Positions 57,537 to 64,000 of a stretch of 64,000 bases of DNA are shown piece after piece. The number at the start of each line of letters is the position of its first letter. Positions within the stretch are counted from its first letter, which is position 1. Where the stretch lies: positions 32,001 through 96,000 of the forward strand of contig CAWFJJ010000029.1 of NCBI GenBank assembly GCA_963816185.1, written 5' to 3'. Source of the DNA: Thermoanaerobaculia bacterium (GTDB lineage: Bacteria > Acidobacteriota > Thermoanaerobaculia > UBA5066). The position numbers and the translations under genes were made by a program. Below the pieces are notes generated by a model, which saw only the letters and a program-made list of their open reading frames with translations, ran no database searches and was not told where the DNA came from.

Positions 57537-60227
57537 TCAGCTCCTCTTTCGGGTTCTTGCCTGAAGGCTTCTTGACGCGGCGGCCGCCGCCGTTTCGGGC
57601 TTCGGCTTCGAGGCGCGCTTTTTCGTTCCCTTGGCGGGAGCCGGCGCCCTTGCCTCGGCGATGGCCGCCTCGAGCGCGCCTTCCGGGATGCGTGTCGCCG
57701 GCTGGTAGAGCTCGAGGTCGGCGGCCGGAACGTCGAGGCCGCAGCCCTCCGTCTCGCAGACGTAGAACGGGCCCGCCTTGCGGTCGCGCACGAGGAGATA
57801 CGGCGCCTTGCAGCTCGGGCACGTCTTCGGCACGGGCCGCGCCCGGAAGTTCTTGTCGCAGGCGGGGTAGTTCGAGCAGCCGTAGAACGGGCCGAAGCGC
57901 CCGCGTCTCACGAGGATGTCCCCCGTCTTGCACTTCGTGCATTTCACGCCGGTGAGCGTCACGGGCTTCGGCGGCTTGAAGCGGCATGAGGGAAAGTTCG
58001 AGCACGAGACGTAGTCGCCGAAGCGCCCGTGGCGCGTCACGAGAGGGCGCCCGCAGCTCGGGCACTTTTCGCCGGTCGGGACGTCGGGCTTCGCTTCCGC
58101 CTTCCCGCCGGCGACTTTCACCGGGACGGTGTTCCGGCAGACGGGATAGGCCGTGCAGCCGAGGAACGCGGAGCCGTTCCTCCCGGTGCGGAGCTTCATC
58201 GGGCTGCCGCATTCCTCGCAGGTCTGACCTTCGAGGTCGGACGCGTCGATGGGGTCCTCCTCGATCTCGGGGATGTCCTGCGTGAAGTCGCATTCCGGAT
58301 ATCCGCTGCACGCGATGAAGAGACCCGCCTTCCCCATCCGCAGCTTCAACGCGTGGCCGCTCTTCGGGCACGTGTCGCCGGGATCGTTCGTGAGGCGGAA
58401 GTCGATGAAGCGCTTCCTCACCTCCGCGAGGGGAAGCCCCGCTTTGAGCGAGACCATCTTCTTTTTCGCCTTCTCGCGATCCTTGACGAACTGGCCGTCG
58501 AACTCCGCGAGCGCCTTTCGCCAATCGAGCTTCCCTTCTTCGACCGCGTCCAGCTCTTCTTCCATTTTCGCGGTGTACTCGGTCTGGAAGAAGTCGTCGA
58601 AGCCCTCGCGCATGAGGTCGACGATGACGCGCCCGAGCGGCGTCGGGGTGAAGCGCCGGTCTTTCTTTCTCACGTACTCGCGGTCTTCGATCTTGCGCAT
58701 GATCTCGGCGTACGTGGAGGGCCGGCCGATGCCGTTCTCCTCGAGGAACTTCACGAGCGACGCCTCGTTGAACCGCGGCGGCGGCTGCGTCTCGTGCCCC
58801 TCGGCGGCGACCGCGACGAGAGTCAGCGGGTCGCCTTCGGCGAGCGCGGGCAGGCGTGTCTTGTCGTCCTCATCCTCGGCCTCGCCGTTCGCCTCTGCTT
58901 TCTCCCGTTCCTCCACGTCCGGCTCGGCTTCCTTCTCGTAGACACGCAGCCACCCCGGGTCCTTGAGCACGGTGCCCGATGCGCGAAGGCCCGCCGCCTC
59001 CCCGCGTTTCTTGGCCTCGATCTCGACCGACGTCACTTCCGAGACGGACGGGCCCATCTGGGACGCGACGAAGCGGTTCCAGACGAGCCGGTAGAGCTTC
59101 AGCTCGTCCGGAGACAGATAGCGTGCGATCGCCTCGGGCGGAAAGTCGAGCGACGTCGGCCGGATCGCCTCGTGCGCGTCCTGGGCGTCCTTCTTCTGGC
59201 GGAACCGCCGTGGCTCCTCCGGGAGGGCGGAGGCTCCGTACGTTCTGCCGATGAACTCACGGACGGCGACGAGCGCCTCCTCGGCCGTGCGCGTCGAGTC
59301 CGTGCGCATGTACGTGATGAGGCCGATCGTGCCGTTCTCGCCGATCGTCTTTCCCTCGTAGAGCCTCTGCGCGATCTGCATCGTTCGCCGCACGCTGAAG
59401 CCGATGCGCGCGGCGCCTTGCTGGAGCTTGGAGGTCGTGAAAGGCGGCGGAGCGCTCCCTTTTCGCTCCTTGGCCTCGACCTTCACGACCGTGAGCGCCG
59501 CGCCCTCGACGTATTCGCGGGCCGCTTCGGCTTGCTCTCGCGTCGCGAGGCGCGGGTCCGTCCCGTCGAACTTCAGCTTCTCGCCTTTCCACATGGCGAG
59601 ACGCGCCGGGAACGCCACGTCGCCTTTTTTCAGCGTGACGGGGACCGAGAAGTACGGGACACCGACGAAGCGCTCGCGTTCGCTCTCGCGCTCCACGATG
59701 ATGCGCAGCGTGACCGTCTGGACGCGCCCCGCCGAAAGGCCGCGCCAGACTTTAGACCAGAGAAGGTCAGACACCTCGTAGCCGACGAGACGGTCGATGA
59801 TCCGTCGGGCCTGCTGCGCGTTGACGCGGTTCTGGTCGATCACGCCCGGGTGGGAGATGGCGCGTGTCACGGCCGCCTTCGTGATCTCGTGGAACTCGGC
59901 CCGATGGAACGTCGTCTTGGGAAAGCCCGGCCTCAGAATTTCCCGCAGATGCCAGCAGATCGCCTCGCCCTCGCGGTCCGGGTCGGCGGCGAGATAGATG
60001 GTGTCGGCGCCCTTCGCGGCTTTTCTCAGGTCCTGGACGGTGCGCTCCTTGCCGGGCAGGATCTCGTAAGACGGGGCGTAGCCGTGCGCGCGGTCCACCG
60101 CGATGCCCTTCTTCTGCAGGTCGCGGACGTGGCCATAGCACGCCATCACGGAGAAGTCCCTGCCGAGGAACTTTCCGAGCGTCGCGGCTTTCGCGGGTGA
60201 CTCGACGATGACGAGAGATTTCGCCAT
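57537..60227 (-). CDS. topA: DNA topoisomerase I with C-terminal Zn ribbons and basic tail
   Basis: IVESPAKA, DPDREGE, SAGRVQ, LITYMRTDS and GIGRPSTY motifs. Confidence 0.98.
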   Translation of the reverse strand: MAKSLVIVESPAKAATLGKFLGRDFSVMACYGHVRDLQKKGIAVDRAHGYAPSYEILPGKERTVQDLRKAAKGADTIYLAADPDREGEAICWHLREILRPGFPKTTFHRAEFHEITKAAVTRAISHPGVIDQNRVNAQQARRIIDRLVGYEVSDLLWSKVWRGLSAGRVQTVTLRIIVERESERERFVGVPYFSVPVTLKKGDVAFPARLAMWKGEKLKFDGTDPRLATREQAEAAREYVEGAALTVVKVEAKERKGSAPPPFTTSKLQQGAARIGFSVRRTMQIAQRLYEGKTIGENGTIGLITYMRTDSTRTAEEALVAVREFIGRTYGASALPEEPRRFRQKKDAQDAHEAIRPTSLDFPPEAIARYLSPDELKLYRLVWNRFVASQMGPSVSEVTSVEIEAKKRGEAAGLRASGTVLKDPGWLRVYEKEAEPDVEEREKAEANGEAEDEDDKTRLPALAEGDPLTLVAVAAEGHETQPPPRFNEASLVKFLEENGIGRPSTYAEIMRKIEDREYVRKKDRRFTPTPLGRVIVDLMREGFDDFFQTEYTAKMEEELDAVEEGKLDWRKALAEFDGQFVKDREKAKKKMVSLKAGLPLAEVRKRFIDFRLTNDPGDTCPKSGHALKLRMGKAGLFIACSGYPECDFTQDIPEIEEDPIDASDLEGQTCEECGSPMKLRTGRNGSAFLGCTAYPVCRNTVPVKVAGGKAEAKPDVPTGEKCPSCGRPLVTRHGRFGDYVSCSNFPSCRFKPPKPVTLTGVKCTKCKTGDILVRRGRFGPFYGCSNYPACDKNFRARPVPKTCPSCKAPYLLVRDRKAGPFYVCETEGCGLDVPAADLELYQPATRIPEGALEAAIAEARAPAPAKGTKKRASKPKPETAAAAASRSLQARTRKRS

Positions 60228-60253
60228 GAACCGTCGTCACGATGCCATGTCTG

Positions 60254-61381
60254 TCAACTCCGCGTCCGCACACGCACGAACAGGGCCCCCGGAAGGACCG
60301 TCACGAGGCCCTCCAGCTCGAGGTGGACGAGGGCCGCCGAAAAGCGCGCCGCGTCCAGCCCCGTTGCGGAAAGGAGCGTCTCCGCGTCCTTCGGCTCGTC
60401 GGCGTCGAGCGCGGCGTGAAGTGCCGCGGCGTCCGGGGAGAGGTGGGCCGGCACCTCGGCGTCCTGGCGCGACGCGACCTGCCGCTTCAACCGCCTTCTC
60501 TCCTCCTCGGGCAGCTCCGCGAGGAGGTCATCCGCGTTCCTCACGAGGATCGCGCCGTCCTTGAGGAGGGCGTTCGATCCGGCGGCGCCGGGAGAGAGGA
60601 TCGAGCCCGGAACGGCCGCCACGTCGCGGCCATAGCCCGTGGCATACCGGGCCGTGATCAACGAGCCGCTCTTCGTCGCCGCTTCGACGACGCAGACGAT
60701 GCGCGCGAGTCCCGCGAGGATACGGTTGCGAACCGGGAAGTTCCAGGGCTCGGGATCCGTGCCCATCGGAAATTCAGAGAGCGCGCAACCGGACAGAAGA
60801 AGCGCCTCGAGAAGGTCCTTCTGCTCGGGCGGATAGCAGACGTCCACGCCGCAGCCCAGAACGGCGATCGACTTCCCACCCGCCCCGAGCGCGGCGCGAT
60901 GGGCGGCCGCGTCCACGCCCCGGGCGAAACCGGAGACGACCGTCACGCCGGCCTCCGCGAGCTGCGCTGCGAGAGTACGCGCCGCGTCGAGCCCCGCGCG
61001 CGAGGCGCGGCGCGCCCCGACGACGGCGATGGCCGGCGCGTCGGGATACGGGATGCCGCGCGCGAAGAGGACGGCCGGCGGGTCATGGATCTCGCGCAGG
61101 AGGGCGGGGTAGCCGGGGTCCGTCAGGAAAAGGACGCGCGCTCCGGATTCCGTGAGCCGCCGCACATCTTCTTGGATCTCTCGCCCCTCGGCTGCGAGAA
61201 GCGGCGCCACGGTCGAGACGTCCTCGCTCGCGATCCGGGCGGCCACTTCCGGGGACAGCGCGCGCACAGCCCCGGGGGATCCAGCCGAAACAAGGAGCGT
61301 CCTGAGGGCGCGGGCCGCCCTTCCGCGCCCCTTCCGCGCCCAGATCAGTCCTGTCCGGGCATCGCTCGCCGCGTCGTCCAT
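60254..61381 (-). CDS. dprA: DNA processing protein DprA
   Basis: YPALL.EI.DPP, VSGFARGVD, FPVRNRI and VEAATKSGSLITA motifs. Confidence 0.95.
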   Translation of the reverse strand: MDDAASDARTGLIWARKGRGRAARALRTLLVSAGSPGAVRALSPEVAARIASEDVSTVAPLLAAEGREIQEDVRRLTESGARVLFLTDPGYPALLREIHDPPAVLFARGIPYPDAPAIAVVGARRASRAGLDAARTLAAQLAEAGVTVVSGFARGVDAAAHRAALGAGGKSIAVLGCGVDVCYPPEQKDLLEALLLSGCALSEFPMGTDPEPWNFPVRNRILAGLARIVCVVEAATKSGSLITARYATGYGRDVAAVPGSILSPGAAGSNALLKDGAILVRNADDLLAELPEEERRRLKRQVASRQDAEVPAHLSPDAAALHAALDADEPKDAETLLSATGLDAARFSAALVHLELEGLVTVLPGALFVRVRTRS

Positions 61382-61441
61382 GCGGCACCTCTCTTGCTCT
61401 GAGAAGAAGTCTCGACGATGTCTATAATGCCCGACCTCGCC

Positions 61442-62023
61442 GTGACGCGCCGCCTCCGATCCGCCGCTGCGCTTCTCGTGGCCGTCGCCGCCGCCGGGGC
61501 GTCCGCGTGCTCGTCGTCGAAGGACAGCGCCGCGTGGAAAGCGCAGAACGCCTATGGAAGCCAGATGGCACGCAAGGGCTTCTGGCGGGAAGCCCTGTTC
61601 CGTTACCAGAAGGCGGCCGCTCTCCACCCCGACGACGGCGAGATCCAGAACAACCTCGGCGTCGCGTACGAAAGCATCGGGGAGACGTCGCGCGCTCTGG
61701 CCGCTTACAAGAGAGCCCTCGAGCTCGCGCCGCAGGACCAGAAGATCAAACGCAACTACGCGCGTTTCGCCGAGTACTACACCTCGGTCCAGCGCGCCTC
61801 TTCGCTGCCCGCGCCGTCCAGCTCCAGCCCGGCCGCCCGGCCCTCCCCGTCGCCCGCACCCGAAAAGCCCGGCTCGATCGAGCCTCCGCGCGTGCCGCCT
61901 TCCGTCGGCACCGTGCCCGGCGAGTCGCCCGGCAGTCCCGTCCCGCCGCCCGCGCAGAATCCGCCCTCCCCGCCGCCGGCGCCGACGCCTGGTCCCCCCG
62001 CGCCTCCTTCGGGGCCGCGATGA
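61442..62023 (+). CDS. TPR lipoprotein with Pro-rich tail
   Basis: Lipobox ASAC; WREALFRY and NNLGVAYE TPR motifs. Start may be 61427 or 61442. Confidence 0.8.
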   Translation: MTRRLRSAAALLVAVAAAGASACSSSKDSAAWKAQNAYGSQMARKGFWREALFRYQKAAALHPDDGEIQNNLGVAYESIGETSRALAAYKRALELAPQDQKIKRNYARFAEYYTSVQRASSLPAPSSSSPAARPSPSPAPEKPGSIEPPRVPPSVGTVPGESPGSPVPPPAQNPPSPPPAPTPGPPAPPSGPR

Positions 62024-62727
62024 GGCGCGCCGCGACCGGCCTCACGGCCGCTTCGCTCGCCGCCGCCGTCCTGGCCTCGGCGTGCTCGAGCGGGGCTAGG
62101 GAGGTCAAGCTCAAGCTTCCTCTGCGCCCGAAGCTCGCCGTGACGGGGCGCGAGCGGATTTCCCTCGCGCCTTTTCTCGTCGCCTCGAAGATCTCGGACA
62201 AGAAGGACGCGCCGCGCTACAAGGACCTGGACCTCGACGCCGAGTTCCGGCGGTACCTCGGCAAGCAGCTCGCCAAACGCACGAAGATGACGATCGTGAC
62301 GATGCCGCAGGACGTGCGGCTGCCGACGCAGAATCTCAAGGAGCTCGGCGAGGCCGGGGATTTCTGGCGCGGCGTGGGCGGCCGCACCGGAGCCGACATT
62401 CTCCTGACGGGCGTCGTGGACTTCCGCGTCGAGAACAAGTCGGGCTACCGCAACGAGGAATACCGGAGCCCTATCGACGGCCGGACGTACTACCGCCAGG
62501 TGCTCGTCGAGTCCACGGGCTTCACGTTCGACGTAACGGTCGTCGCGATCGACGGGCACACGGGCTCGAAGCTCTTCCAGGAGAACTTCCGGGACACGAA
62601 GGAGAAGAGCAAGGCGCGCGTGGACGAGCTCGTGGGCCTTTTCGAGAATCTCTTCTCTCTCGAGAACCAGCTCCTGGGGCTCTTCGTCGTGCGTGAGCGG
62701 GAGGCGAACCGTTATGTCTTCGACTAG
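62020..62727 (+). CDS. Hypothetical lipoprotein
   Basis: Lipobox ASAC; ATGA overlap; overlaps the next gene. Confidence 0.78.
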   Translation: MRRAATGLTAASLAAAVLASACSSGAREVKLKLPLRPKLAVTGRERISLAPFLVASKISDKKDAPRYKDLDLDAEFRRYLGKQLAKRTKMTIVTMPQDVRLPTQNLKELGEAGDFWRGVGGRTGADILLTGVVDFRVENKSGYRNEEYRSPIDGRTYYRQVLVESTGFTFDVTVVAIDGHTGSKLFQENFRDTKEKSKARVDELVGLFENLFSLENQLLGLFVVREREANRYVFD

Positions 62728-64000
62728 GCCGAGCTCCCGCATTCCCATGGCCCTTTCCATCGCCCTGCTCGGCGCCGGGGCCCTGCTTCTCGCGCGCGGC
62801 GCTCAGTCCTCCGGGCAGAACAAGATCGTCTACGACCAGTTCGACTGGTCGATCTACCAGTCCACGCACTTCGACGTCTTCCACTACTCGCGTGAGCGCC
62901 ACACGCTCGAGAAGGTCGTCTCGATGGCGGAGTCCGCATACGACGAGCTGTCGCGCCGCCTGAACTACCAGATCCCGAAGCGCATCCCGCTCATCTATTA
63001 CGCCACGCACGCCGAGTTCGAGCAGAACAACATCGAGCTCAACTTCATTCCGGAAGGCGTCGGCGCCTTCGCCGAGCCGGCACGCAACCGCATCGTCCTC
63101 CCCATCGACCTGCCCGACGAGAAGCTCCAGTCTCTGATCCAGCACGAGCTGACGCACGTTTTCCAGTACGAGATCCTGTTCGGCGGGCGGCTCAGCCGCG
63201 CGCTCACCTCGAACGCTCCAACCTGGCTCATCGAAGGAATGGCGTCGTACTACGGCAACGACGAGGACGACAAGGACCGGATGTTCCTGAGGGACGCGGT
63301 CAACCAGGACCTCATCCCGCCGATCACGAAGGTCAATATCGAAGGCTACGCCGCGTACCGGTACGGGCACGCGGTCTTCGACTTCATGGAAGCCGAGTGG
63401 GGCAAGGACGCCGTCCGCGACTTCGTGTTCGAGTACCGATCGTTCCTCGGCCGCGACGTCGCCGTCGCCCTCCGGCGTACGTTCGAGATCCAGCCCGACG
63501 ACTTCGACCTGAAGTTCCGCCGGTACCTCAGGCGGAAATATCTCCCGCTCCTCGCCGTCAAGGGCGAGGCCTCGGAGTACGGCGAGCGGTTCCGCGTCGG
63601 ACCCTACGGGCGCGAGTCCTTCGAGATCGGCGCGGCGCCGTCCCCGTCCGGAGATTTCATCGCGACGCTCACGACCTACCGGGACGAAGTCGACATCGCG
63701 CTTTTGTCCGTCCGCGACCGCAAGCTCTACAAGAACCTCTCGGCCGGCCGCACGACGAAATACGAATACATCGTCGGCCAGTACCTGACCGCGGGCCCCG
63801 AGAGCGGGCGGGACCTCTCTTTCGCGCCGGACGGCGACCGCATCGCCGTCTTCGGCCGCCAGGAGCGCGGCCGCAAGCTCCTCATCTTCTCGGCGCGCGG
63901 CGGCGGCCTTCTCGATCGCATCTCGGTCGCGCCCGACGTGCCGCTCGCGCCGTCCTGGTCGCCCGACGGGAACTCCATCGTCTTCTCGGGGATCGAGGGC
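62714..64000 (+). CDS. Peptidase MA-like Zn domain plus TolB/PD40 beta-propeller protein (partial, absent from the ORF track)
   Basis: Manual translation: signal peptide, GQNKIVY, HELTHVFQY, PTWLIEGMASY, SPSGD, FAPDG and WSPDG; open to the window end. Confidence 0.88.
   Translation, partial: MSSTRPSSRIPMALSIALLGAGALLLARGAQSSGQNKIVYDQFDWSIYQSTHFDVFHYSRERHTLEKVVSMAESAYDELSRRLNYQIPKRIPLIYYATHAEFEQNNIELNFIPEGVGAFAEPARNRIVLPIDLPDEKLQSLIQHELTHVFQYEILFGGRLSRALTSNAPTWLIEGMASYYGNDEDDKDRMFLRDAVNQDLIPPITKVNIEGYAAYRYGHAVFDFMEAEWGKDAVRDFVFEYRSFLGRDVAVALRRTFEIQPDDFDLKFRRYLRRKYLPLLAVKGEASEYGERFRVGPYGRESFEIGAAPSPSGDFIATLTTYRDEVDIALLSVRDRKLYKNLSAGRTTKYEYIVGQYLTAGPESGRDLSFAPDGDRIAVFGRQERGRKLLIFSARGGGLLDRISVAPDVPLAPSWSPDGNSIVFSGIEG

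Noticed and set aside
61800-62015. Pro-rich low-complexity repeats (also 5690-6030)
   Set aside because: Ordinary disordered protein linkers with no DNA-level periodicity.

Overview
High-GC bacterial chromosome segment. Gene content and style suggest Acidobacteriota (Thermoanaerobaculia-like); this is an inference. It holds about 60 genes, and I saw no rRNA, tRNA, CRISPR array or intact mobile element. The housekeeping backbone is rpsU-mutS2-dnaG-rpoD, Slt, Fur, class II nrdJ with tandem NrdR-like boxes, ErpA/SufT, dapF, and an interrupted dprA-topA-trmFO-xerC-hslV-hslU string. The most striking locus is 14.7-22.6 kb. There a haem-c-motif sensor kinase, an archaemetzincin protease and a sigma54 activator sit upstream of a sigma54 promoter. 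That promoter precedes an operon for a Cys-rich protein, an unannotated 28-aa membrane peptide, HybA/HybB-like subunits, a trihaem cytochrome c and two membrane-anchored GcvH-like proteins that lack the lipoyl lysine; no catalytic subunit is present. Other highlights: a prephenate dehydratase-DAHP synthase-chorismate mutase triple fusion, a family of hairpin repeats translated into unrelated protein C-termini, widespread leaderless-type promoters, and a cluster of frameshifts at 38-43 kb that may be sequencing errors.
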